Shown: in pieces, positions 1 through 11,393 of the stretch
Layout: every line of letters begins with the position of its first letter
How positions within the stretch are numbered: the stretch's first letter is position 1
NCBI GenBank assembly: GCA_964016885.1
Contig: OZ024743.1
Location: 21,824,001 to 21,888,000, forward strand
Reading direction: 5' to 3'
Length of the DNA stretch: 64,000 bases
Source: Eledone cirrhosa
Lineage: Eukaryota
The notes under the pieces: generated by a model
What the model was told of the DNA's origin: nothing
The model's input: only the letters and a program-made list of their open reading frames with translations
The model's database searches: none
Made by a program: the position numbers and the translations under genes

Positions 1-1610
1 CATGGAACACCCGCCACCCGCCTCAGGGTCAAACACCGCACCATCTTCACCCTACAGACCCACACTGCCCCCGGCCTGAATTCCCCACCCCTATTCCTTT
101 AGCCTTCGACCGCCCTGTCCCCCCACCCACACACACACATATCCCCCACTAACACCACTAACACTCCTTTCCACCGCCCATCCCCTTGGCAGACCCCACA
201 ACTAACAATACTAACACCCCAACCCCAACAACTAACAATACTAACATCCCCAACCCCAACAACTAACATCCACACCCCTCCCCTATCACGCACACACCCA
301 CCTGTACATATATACACGCACTCACACTATCCACACACCCTACTACCACCACTAACGCTCACCCACACATCCACTCCAACCACCCCACAACTAATACCAC
401 GCACACGAACACCCACACACACCCACTTACACCACCCACTCTACACCCTACCACCACTGACCCCCACTAACACACCCGCATTCAACCCTTTCCCCACCAC
501 CAGTATACTAACACCCCCTTCACCACACACTCACTCATCCAAACACACACACACACACACACACACCGTCCACCGTCCCCCACACCTTTTCTCTCCCCGC
601 TCCACCCACACCTCTTCACACACACACATCCCACTAACACCTACTCATACACACCCCATCGCCCCACATGACCCCCTACCAACTCCACCTTTCACACCTA
701 CCCATCCTCTCCCCTGTCCACCGCACATCCGCACACACTGACTTTCTCCACCTGCCATTCTCTACTGCTGCTATGCCTTCTCCTGTCTAGACCCTCTGAC
801 CACTTCTCCGCACACACAGACACACAGTCCTCTCCACCTGTCATTCTCCTCTACCCTCATCCTGCCTTGACCCTCTGACCACTTCCTGGTGCGCGTGCAC
901 CCCACATCTCCCCTCTTCCAACTACCACAACCAACGGATTACACACCATCGACTATCGTTCCCACTATCCACTCCATAACATTGAAAATATCCGGCAACC
1001 CACCACACCCTCTACGGAACTACCTTAGGAACTTACCCACGGACATACACTCACAATTATTTTTCGAACCACGCCACCTACATCCACAAAACGTATAAAC
1101 ACCAACACACACGTACGTACCCCCACATATATACACACTCAGCCTACGGAATCCTCTCCCCATCCACACACACACACACACCGACCCACACACCAACCTT
1201 TTCCTGAACATGGAACCTCGTTCTTCCCCCAACTCTCACATTCACATATACACATATATACACACACACACACACACGCGTACACCCACACACACACACA
1301 AACACCACCTTCAGCCCTCCCCGCTCGGATACCCCGCCTCCCTCTCCCCACTCCACCTGCCACCACCCCTACACGCCCCACATCCTTCCACCACTTGTTT
1401 ATCTTCATGTTTATTTTTATCCTTTCCACCGCCCCCCCCCCCTTTTTTTTCTAAATGTCTCTCCACTACTCCCCCACACACCCTCGGAACTCTTCCCACC
1501 CACTTTTCTCCTGAAGAAGGGCTTATGCCCAAAACGCCCCCCCCCCCTCTCAAGAGCGTGGAACTAATAAACCTTCGTTTGTACTGCCTCTGCTTTGTTC
1601 CCGTTCCATT
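1..1610. repeat. C/A-rich low-complexity, degenerate (CA)n-like tract; possibly poorly polished sequence
   Basis: Strong C/A strand bias with interspersed (CA)n runs, unlike the rest of the window; imperfect internal duplication around 740-890 (tctccacctg...gaccctctgaccacttc occurs twice). Confidence 0.7.
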
Positions 1611-1612
1611 TT

Positions 1613-1672
<60 letters not shown>

Positions 1673-1781
1673 TCTTAAAGTTATATATACATTTAATAAC
1701 TAGTCTCTGTACAATTATAATATTACGCTGCAGCATTAAAAGAACGCTTATAGCAGAACCAAAAGTGCTGCCCACATAAAA

Positions 1782-1832
1782 GCGTCACCCAGGGTGGACT
1801 GTCCGCCCCCTCACCAACTAGCTATGCTAGTG
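1782..1832 (-). mobile_element. Solo terminus resembling a hAT (Tip100-like) non-autonomous element
   Basis: Minus strand cactagcatagctag...gggggcggacagtccaccctgggtgacgc resembles the CAGTGGCGTAGCTAG...GGGGCGGACCGCCCCGGGTGACAC end type; no partner end seen. Confidence 0.35.
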
Positions 1833-1891
1833 CTCTTCACTATAGAAGACAATAAGGGAGCTCTTATGTAGTTGCTCATAATAATACACCA

Positions 1892-1943
1892 AGGACTACA
1901 TTATCCAAGACAGCCTTCTGACTGTCTTGGATAATGTAGTCCT
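1892..1943. repeat. Perfect 22-bp inverted repeat with 8-nt loop
   Basis: aggactacattatccaagacag (1892-1913) / ctgtcttggataatgtagtcct (1922-1943). Confidence 0.95.
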
Positions 1944-2938
1944 AGATATAGTATATACAAGTGATTTAAAGCCACTAGCCTACAGCAAGGTTAACCTTGC
2001 AGGTCTTATGACAGGCTTCATATTCCTCACAGGATCCTTTATGAGGTAATATTTCACAGTACCTATTAGGGTGGAGAGGGATGACTGACATAATTGTCAT
2101 GGTTGGAACGCCCTTTGATCATAGGCTTGCAATGTATCATTATTTTAAATGAATAAAGGAAATTTACCAGCCATTAACTATATAAACTCATATTTGTGTA
2201 TATGAATCATGTCTGAAATATTTACATAAAACAGAAATAATGATAATAGAACTCAAATTATCTGATATCAGTCACACTATACATGTTTCATGTTTCTTTT
2301 GTACATAATATCTGCTAAATTATTTATACAAGTTATATGTGGGCTCATCTATGTGTGTGTGTGTGTACATATATATGTGTATGCGTACATACATTATATG
2401 TGTGTGTGTGTATATATATATATATGAAATTTTATATATATATATATATTATGGAATACTGTTGGCTTCTTGCTACAATAATCTCTATACTTTTCATTTA
2501 TATATATACGAAATAATGAAAATTATTGTATTCAGTGTTCAGGTGCACTACAACAATATATATACAGTATATACACATACACACACATACATACACATTT
2601 ATATATATTTCTTTTCAAGGATTTTGTAGCAAATGAGAGATTTGAGAAAAAAAATAAATAGAGAAAATGAAAACAGGTGTTCTTACAGCTCAATATTTTT
2701 TCTAATACAAAAAGTAGTGATAGCCCCTTTTTTTTCAATAGCACTCAAAACTGAATAAGGAAAGTAAAAGCAGTCAGCTACACACACATTGTTAAAAAAT
2801 ATCACAATACATTACTGCTGGATTTGACTAAAAACATTTTCTAACATGACAAATGTTCTGAAAAAATTCTTTGTTCAGATTTAAATTGGTAAGGCACACA
2901 CACACACACACACACTATATACATATATATATATATAT

Positions 2939-2986
<48 letters not shown>

Positions 2987-3222
2987 AAGAAAGAGAGAGA
3001 GAGAGAGAGAAATATAGATATTAGAAGGCGTGTTTAAAATACCAGGGCATTTAAAACATTCACTGAATAAGCACTCAATACTGATGTGTACTGTGTCGTA
3101 ATTTTATTTTATTTTTTAGTAGCAAAATGGCAGTGTCATTGAAGTTTGAACTTAGTTACTTTATATGTGACTAAGCTGCAACCTTGAAATCACAGCCATT
3201 GTTTCTACTTAATATATATACA

Positions 3223-3606
3223 CAGTGCCCCCCTCCTTTCGTATTTGTGTGATGGGGGGGGGGGGGGTAATGTCCCTAGGTACCCGCAAACAGTGAAAAA
3301 CTGAATATTGGACATGGTCTAGAAAAATGCCTATAAACGTCAAAATATGTGAAATATATTAAAAAAGAGGGAGTGTCTTATACGAAGGGACATCCAATAG
3401 ACCGGCTAATATGGTATATTGTAATTAATAATTTAGCGTTAAAAAAAAAAAATATATATATATATATTGCTACGAAAAAAGGCATAAATATCACGGAAGT
3501 TATTTACAATTCCATGAATATGTGGTAGTTTCCACGAACAATTATTAGTTAGGTTCTAAGGAAAATTCCGCGAATAACCAGGACCGTGAATGCCAGGGGT
3601 ACACTG
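3223..3606. mobile_element. Tigger/pogo-like (Tc1-mariner) MITE, decayed
   Basis: Ends cagtgccccc... and ...ggggtacactg, subterminal ccgcgaata-type motifs, inserted in a TA/CA microsatellite. Confidence 0.6.
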
Positions 3607-3624
3607 TGTGTGTGTATGTATATA

Positions 3625-4340
3625 GAAATCAATAAATTACATGAATACGGCTAATTCTATAATTGAAGGACTAATATTTATTACATAACTTACACGTGTT
3701 TCATTAATACGTAAACAATTACATCTAGAATCGCTAAACCAATGAAGATATCGGGATAAATCGACTTCGAATATGTTGCATCGTAAGTTCAAATATCAAC
3801 TTATCAAAGCAGAATAACGCCCTTATCCTTTCAAGGAAAGATATTTATAGAGAGAAGGTATGCCGTCAAGAAAGAAGTTAGGTTGTATAAAGTCATAAAA
3901 TATAAAGAAATATATTGAAACATACAAAAAGATATACAAATTTATGAGTTCTTAAGCAATAAACAATAATAACATTAACATTGATAGTAATAATATTAAC
4001 ATTTTTTTTTTATATAGGGCGGGGTTGCTTGAGTTCAACAGGAGTGGCAGTTGATTTGTTGAATACAGGATAGCTAGATGACCATTGGCTAGTACCAGAC
4101 CATTCACACTGAGATCAAAGGAATTTGTTATCGGTATTCCTAGCAGATAGTAGTAATTTATTTTGACGTTTTAATGTTTTCATAGATAAGGTTGAGCCCC
4201 ATCTTCCATCCTTCTGATCCCATGAACTTACTAATATAGTAATAAACAATTCCTAGTTTTTTTTTATATGATTAAAGGGGTTGGTTATGGGATCAGATCC
4301 TATATTAGGCTTATAGTTGGAGAAATTTGTAAACGGTTTA
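3625..4340 (-). mobile_element. Probable Penelope-like element 3' fragment with decayed hammerhead
   Basis: Minus strand has a HHR-like motif at 3688-3810, followed by AATAAA, and ends in a TA/TG microsatellite; no intact ORF. Confidence 0.45.
3688..3810 (-). ncRNA. Decayed type-I hammerhead ribozyme with very long helix II loop
   Basis: GCU-uUGAUaA-GUUGAU...(~90 nt)...AUUAAU-GAAAC-ACGU-GUA-AGU; two core substitutions; palindromic helix III. Confidence 0.55.
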
Positions 4341-4411
4341 CTGATTGCAGTGTTGCTACGTAACCCCAGTTAGTCAAGGTTTTTATAACACACACACACA
4401 CACATGTGTGT

Positions 4412-4900
4412 GTATTATAAAATGCTGACTAACTGGGGTTGCGTAGCAACATTCCATTTAGTAAATAATTATGTAATTAAGTTAAACCACTCAACATCAT
4501 GTGTATCCTTCCAATTCCCACGTGGTAGTCAGTGATAGAGTATATGTAAATAATGACAAAAATGCAAAGGCTTGATATAGATTTCCATAATTCATTTTAT
4601 CCTGTTATATGTATTCCTGTGGCTTTAATAATTACGTAATGCTGCCATCACACAGCTTCATCAGACAGCATCTTAAGTAATAAGTTTGTTGTGTAAGATA
4701 TCTAATGGAATATAGGCTATTGGTAAGGGGACAAACTTGTATTTGATGTTGGTCTTATAAGAGTCTGTCCCCTTATCAATAGCCTGTATTCCATTAGATA
4801 TCTTACACAACAAACTTATTACTTAAGATGCTGTTTGATGAAGCAATGTTAAACTGCAATGTTAACAAACTGATGTCATTTGAGACAACACATCAGCTGG
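4412..4900 (-). mobile_element. PLE-like terminal remnant with decayed HHR and 83-bp inverted duplication
   Basis: Inverted arms 4655-4737 and 4762-4844; minus-strand CUGU-CUGAUGA-AG-CUGUG...CACAG-GAAuACAUAUA-ACAG at 4602-4668. Confidence 0.55.
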
Positions 4901-7490
4901 ATTGATCACAAAAATAATGAGTCAGTCCAGGGAGGCAGATGGCTGTGACCTTAAGGAAACGAAAGATACAATACTTTGGCCAATTGATCATCATCATCAT
5001 CATTTTACGTCCGCTTTTCCCTGCTTGCCAAGGCTCAAAACCTCTCCACCCACATCCTTGAAGGATGCATCAGTGGCAGAAGATCCAGAGGAAGACCAAG
5101 GAGATGCTGGAGTAATTCACAGTCATGGTGAGGAAGAGAAGCCAGTGGAGTGCATTGGTGCAATTGTCCATGGTCTCTGATCTTCAATAATAAGGATGGG
5201 AAAAACAAGAAGGGTTATACAAGTTCAACTCTCTATCATTTCAATATCCTTATAATGGTTCTTTGTTTTTATATTTTCAAAATAAATACTGAATGTAAAA
5301 ATTAGAAAAATACACATAAGTAGAGACTTCTTCAGATTCTAGACATGTTATATTTTAATGCCTTGTTATTCGACACCCATGTACATATCACTCCTAACAA
5401 GCTGTCTTACATTTTACTGAGAATTCACTGGGGAACTGATTCCCAATAGTTACAATCAACCACAATAATCTGACCAGTCTTGGAGGGAGACTTACAAATG
5501 TCATGAACACTTGACAAAACTCCACTGATACATTATTTTAAAATAAATTATCATCATGTTTTCCTTTCATATCTAGATATCTCTGCTGGCATGGCTCCAA
5601 TAGAAATCTAAGTTATTTGAGTTTCTGATGGATTTGGCCACAGGACTTCTCATGTTTTATATGTAAATCACAAGTTGTCATAGCCCATCATGCTGCAGAT
5701 ACTTGTTTAATAGATCCATACAAGACAAAAAGCTTATAAGCCATTCATTGATCATTTTAATATAATGTGAATGGTTCTTTTGCTTTAAAAGTGTTTCGTA
5801 GTTTGGAATGGATGAAAGATAAATCTTTCCTTGGTCAAGATAGTGTTATTTTCCAATCAACATTCTCAAGTGATCTGGTAGACATTCTCTATGTATGTAT
5901 GTAATTCAATGACTTGTAATTTCTAATGGAGTTGTAGGGGTGCTGTAGTGACATACAATGTAGCTTGTGGACATTTTTAAAGTTGGCATCCTCTCTCCAG
6001 GTTTGAATACAGCCGAATTCCTCCAGTGAAGGAGGGAGAGTGATAGAGAGCAACTAACAAAGAAATATAGGAGAAAAGTTTACCCCAGTTCTAGTCTGAT
6101 ACTTTTTATTGACTGCGAAAAGATGAAAAGCAAAGTTAACTTTAGTGGAAATTGAACTCTAAATGTAGAGAGCTAGAACAAATGCCACAAAGCATTCTAT
6201 CTGATGCTCTAATGACTACCTATTCACCAGCCATACATATTCTCAATACAAAGTACTTATTCCAAATAGATAGAAGAACTGATGCAATGAAGAATACAGT
6301 CTTCTACCCAGAAACAAAATGAACTTCTTACAGCAGGTTTGAATTTCTGAACTATGGCCAAATAATCTAAAATTCAATTATTTGGTTAAGATGAGTGTTT
6401 TAGTGGAAACAAATTGTCACACTGATAGATTCTTCAGTCAGTTTAAAGAATTACTAATGCAATACACAGCTATAAACACATAGGACACTATATGATCAAT
6501 GATATCCAAGAAACATTAAACAGTCAAATAATTACATGACAAAGTCTTTGTGGAAAAAATAACATGAATATTGATGAGGTGCTACAGCACTAGCTGACAG
6601 CTTAGTAAGCAGGGTAAAATAAAATCATAGTCCCTTAAGAGATATTAAGGGAACATCTAAAATTCTGAGTTTGGGAAGTAGACTAATTTGATAATCAATG
6701 ATAAACAGTAGTGCAATGTTGACAAGCTGTGAGTATGAGCAGTAGGTGAATTGTTGAAAACTCTAGTGTGGTATCTGCTAAATGTTACACAGCCAAATTA
6801 GACAAAAATAGCATTGCATTGGTCAAAAGATTATGCAAAGAGAAAAAGTGTGTGTGTGTGTGTGTGCATGTGTGTTAGTAAAATGCAATATATCATTTTT
6901 CTATGAGCAGATGCAATGCCTATATCATGCTTGCTATGTTCCATAATTTACAGTTTTCAATAATTTTCTAAGATATTCAAGACAGAGCATGTTGTACAAA
7001 GAGGGAACAAAACTATGATATTGTAACATGATAAGTGCAATTGTATAGAAGTATATTTATGGTGTGTCAAAACTGCAAACTAGTTTCAATTTCCAGGTAG
7101 TACTACATAACTTCATGTAGCATGAACATAATTTTCCATAGCTTAAAAGATCATTAAATTTTCTATTTTTAAGAAGTATTGAAAGCTAGCTTGTTTACAT
7201 AGAATGCATTAGTTAGGTACTGCAAAACAATGACCATAACATTAATTCTTGAAGAAAAACACAGAATAAACAGCATTTATTCCAAAAGACTGTCTCAGAT
7301 AAATACTTGAAGTATTCTATGGTCTTGGGGTATAATATAGTATTATATTGTAGAGTATAATTATATAATATAGAAAGCTGTGCCACAATATATTGAAAAT
7401 GAGGTCATGTCCAGAGTAAAGAGTCAGCAGGCCCTTAATATGAAAGAGGTTAGAAATTTCAAAAAGAAAAGATCAATGACATGAAGATAT

Positions 7491-8268
7491 ATGAGGTGGT
7501 ATCAGAATGTACCCAAACCAGTCCTAAAAAATGCTCATGAGTACTCCACTAAATTATGTATTCCGTACATTATTTATATTCAGGAACCATCCTCTTAGAA
7601 ATAGTCCCTTTGGGACCATAGAAAGCAATCTCAGTTTAAATTCCATGTCTTAAAAGTCCCCTGTCTGACACTGCTTGCTATTTTGTTTGAATTTCATCTA
7701 CGGCTTCAAAATGGCACACATTCAGCTTTTACTTTCATTTTGATAAACATAGCTAAGTCAAGGAGGCAAGCAAGAAAGTTGCGGAAGGTGTGGATTGATT
7801 GTTATTTTGCTCTTTGTCAAAAACTTGACTGTTTTGAAAGAGGTGTGTGAAGGTATGTTCTCATGATACCACAGTTCTGGTGGTGACCCTCATGCATGAA
7901 TCCAATTATTTTCAACTTTTGCTCTGAACATTCATCATTTTGCTCTAATAAACACTCGTGTTTGATCCTAAAGAATGTTTACCAAAAGCCAGACAAAGCT
8001 TTTTCAAGGTCTTCGTAGCAGATTTGCTGGCTTTCATGCAAAATTTGATGCAGATATATTTGACTTTATCAGCCATCGTAAAAAATAGAGATATTTTAAC
8101 ATAACGTTATACAACCTAGCATAATAAACAAATGCAAGTAGATGTCATGTAACCTATTTTAAACTAACTCAGTCAGATGGCTACCAATGGTCTTTAGCTG
8201 AAAGAGATTTCTGTTAGCAGTAAAATCATAGCATGTGCCATCTGGAAACTTCTTAACAACACCTCCAC
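7491..8268. mobile_element. Old mariner-like element relic
   Basis: Degenerate terminal inverted similarity (tgaggtggtatcagaatgt... / ...ggaaacttcttaacaacacctc); interior resembles decayed mariner transposase; no ORF. Confidence 0.35.
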
Positions 8269-9807
8269 ATCAACATCATTGTTTTTACATCCACTTTTAC
8301 ATGCTGGCAGGTTTAGAGAGAATGATTTACAGCCTTTTTTTTAATAATAGTTTCTGATTTAGGCACAAGACCAGTAATTTTCAGGGAGGAGAGAGTCAAT
8401 TAAATCAACCCCAGTGTGTTACTGGTACTTTATTTTACAGACCTCATAAAAATGAAATGCAAAGCTAACCTCACCGCAGATAGATAGATCTTTTACCTTT
8501 TCCCTTCCCAATAATGCTAACCCCTTTAGCTGCCTCTGATATGCATATACATGTGTATGTGTGTGTATGTGAATGTGTGAAAATTGAACTAATTTTGAAA
8601 GATACTCTACAACAAATATTGAACTAGTCGAGTTTGTAGCAGATTTTACTGTTTCAAAGCCACATATTCTTGCAGGTGTGTAAATAGTTTAAAATTACTT
8701 TTAGGACTTATTGAGATCGTTAAATTCACATATACCAAATGAACCCAATAAGATTTATATTAGATGTAAGAAATATATAATGCAGTGTAACATCTGTTAA
8801 AGAATATAGGAATAGTTATTTTCACATAGGGTGTTTGCACTAGGTGAAATTATATGAGCTTACATATATAATGAGTACATGAAAGAGTTAAAACATGATA
8901 CATCAGTAAAGAAGTTTAGGTTGAATCTGTTTTTCTTTAATCATAAATGATGGAGATAGCTTTTATACATTCATATTTTATCTACTTTAAGATATGTGTT
9001 AGAATTGTTAGATCTTATCTTTATCTAGAATGTTTGTAGCTCCAGCTTAGAAGAAAGGCACAATGTAATTAGAAATTTCTACTAGTCTCAGGCAATGATT
9101 CAATTTGCTTTGCAAAAAATAGTAACAGCAATAATAATAATAATAATAATAATCAGAATGATGATAAAAGCTGTTATTCCATTTCTATATTGTTTATTAT
9201 TATGCAATGATGTAGTAGTAACGTTTACAGGGAAACAGAATAAAGAGTATTATATTTACCACTTTGCATATCATCTTTCCAAAGTGGATGAAGGAAGTGT
9301 CAGTCATTAAAATAAGCACTAAGGTCAATACAATTAACCATGCTCTAGAACAAAGGTTCTCAACAGGGGGAATATGCACCCCCAGGGGGGCGTTTGGGAG
9401 CAAGGGGGCATTAAGGGGGGACGTTTAGAGCTTTGGAGTGCACTGGAAGGCTCTTTACTTTGGTAAGTTTTATAAGCCATTTTTGTATGTCTTTGAGACA
9501 GCCAGTGTGAATGCATTTGAATGAGCATGCAGACAGCATAACTAAGGTCTGACCGCAGCTGTGAGCAGGAGTGCAGGTGTGTTTAGACATTACCCGGCAA
9601 TTGAGATCTTAACAATGGAAAAACCCACAGTCAACTGGGTCAAGGACACTTCAAGCGCAGCCAGTTAGAATCTTGTCTTTCCTTCACCGATAACAATGTA
9701 TTTCATTGACCGTAACGAGTTAACACTATGTAGATCTATTTTATTTCCTATTGTATAAATAATATTACAAATAAAAAAAAATAAAAAAAATCCCAGAAGC
9801 GGGAAGC

Positions 9808-10333
9808 ACACACAATCAGATAATATACACATCTAGGACTACATACAACATATAACCAGGTAATACACACATATAGGACCACATACAACACATAAGCAGG
9901 TAATACACACATCTAGGACCACATGCAACACATAAGGAGGTAGCATTCACATCTAGGACCACATACAACACGCAGGCAAGTAATACATACATTTAGGACC
10001 ACATACAACACATAAGCAGGTAATACACACATCTAGGACCACATGCAACACATAAGGAGGTAGCATTCAAATCTAGGACCACATACAACATGCAGGCAAG
10101 TAATACATACATTTAGGACCACATACAACACATAAGCAGGTAATACAAACATCTAGGACCACATACAACACATAATCAGGTAATACAAACATCTAGGACC
10201 ACATACAACACATAATCAGGTAATACATACATCTAGGACCACATGCAATGCATAGCAGGTAATACATACATCTAGGACTACCTACAACACACAGGCAGGT
10301 AATATATACATCTAGGACCAAATACAACACACA
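9808..10333. repeat. 40-bp minisatellite (~13 units) with 120-bp higher-order structure, inside the hAT
   Basis: Unit atctaggaccacatacaacacataagcaggtaatacacac; 9901-10020 is nearly identical to 10021-10140. Confidence 0.95.
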
Positions 10334-10335
10334 TT

Positions 10336-11393
10336 GTATCATGTGCTACGGACGACGCAAGAGCAATGGTCGGCCAACATAAGGGTTTCGCCACTCTTCT
10401 GAAGAGAGAAAATCTATCTGTATTTGTTGTTCATTGTGTCATTCATCGACAACACTTGGCTGTGAAGAAACTCAGCAAGCCACTGAGCAAGTCCTTGCAG
10501 GTGGCCCCTGATGTCATCAATTTTATCAAACGGCATTCCCTCAATGAACGAATTTTCCGGCAACTGTGCCAAGATAATGACGAAGAATTCGTCAAGTTGC
10601 TCCTTCATAATGAAGTGAGGTGGCTTTCAAAGGGCAAGTGCCTTACTCACTTCTTTGAACTGTTCGACTCTATCATTGAGTTTCTGCGAGGACGCAACAC
10701 AGAACTGTACAAGAAAACCCTCGATATGAGGCAAAACTGCGCCTACCTCACCGACATCATTGACAAATGCATTAGCATCATTTTGGCTTTGCAGGGGAAG
10801 ATCACCTTTCTTAAACAAGGAATGCTGTGAAAACATTCCTGGCCAAATTGAATGTCATCGAAAGGAATCTTTGTTGACGGGAATTCTATAATTTTCCTAG
10901 TGTCACCAATGTTCAAAACATTGTAAGTGATGACCAACTCCAAATGTATACCGCTCACCTCCGTGCACTACAAGAGAACATGAGAGAACAGTTTGTCGAC
11001 CTTTTGCCGATGGACATCCCAATGTGAGTAGCAGATCCCTTCATAGCTAACGTCGATGATTTGAACGTTATATTTCAGGAAAAATTCATTGAACTTCAAG
11101 CAAATGACATGATCAAAATTAGATTTCCCAAAATAGGTGAACCCCTTTTTTGGATGCAAGAGGAAATTCAGCGTCGATTTCCACACCTACATGCAGAGGC
11201 TAAGAGATTTGCTCTGCCTTTTCCAAGCTCATACTTAGTCAAGAGGAGGTTTGGTGCTGTTTCCAGACTGCACAGTAAGGCTCGCAACCGCTACAATGTA
11301 ATTACATGTGGAGATCTCCGGCTACATCTTACGAAAATCCAGCCTGACGTCAAAGAGTTAGCTAGACTCCATGAAGTTCAAGGGTCCCATTGA
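10336..11393 (+). pseudogene. Disrupted hAT (Buster/Charlie, ZBED5/SCAND3-like) transposase, catalytic and C-terminal dimerisation regions
   Basis: Motifs ATDDARAMVG, HCVIHRQHL, HNEVRWLSKG, PFPSSYLVKRRF, GDLRLHLTKIQPD, ending QGSH; frameshifts and stops between 10830 and 11061; N-terminus missing. Confidence 0.92.

Noticed and set aside
1210-1779. 189-aa and 154-aa overlapping ORFs
   Set aside because: Low-complexity, microsatellite-spanning and in possibly low-quality sequence
9808-10333. Regularly spaced repeats resembling a CRISPR array
   Set aside because: Contiguous tandem units with no unique spacers, no cas genes, eukaryotic context
10366-11393. Domesticated transposase gene (ZBED5/SCAND3-like)
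   Set aside because: Frameshifts and stops, missing N-terminus, and intact TIRs/TSD show it is a dead transposon
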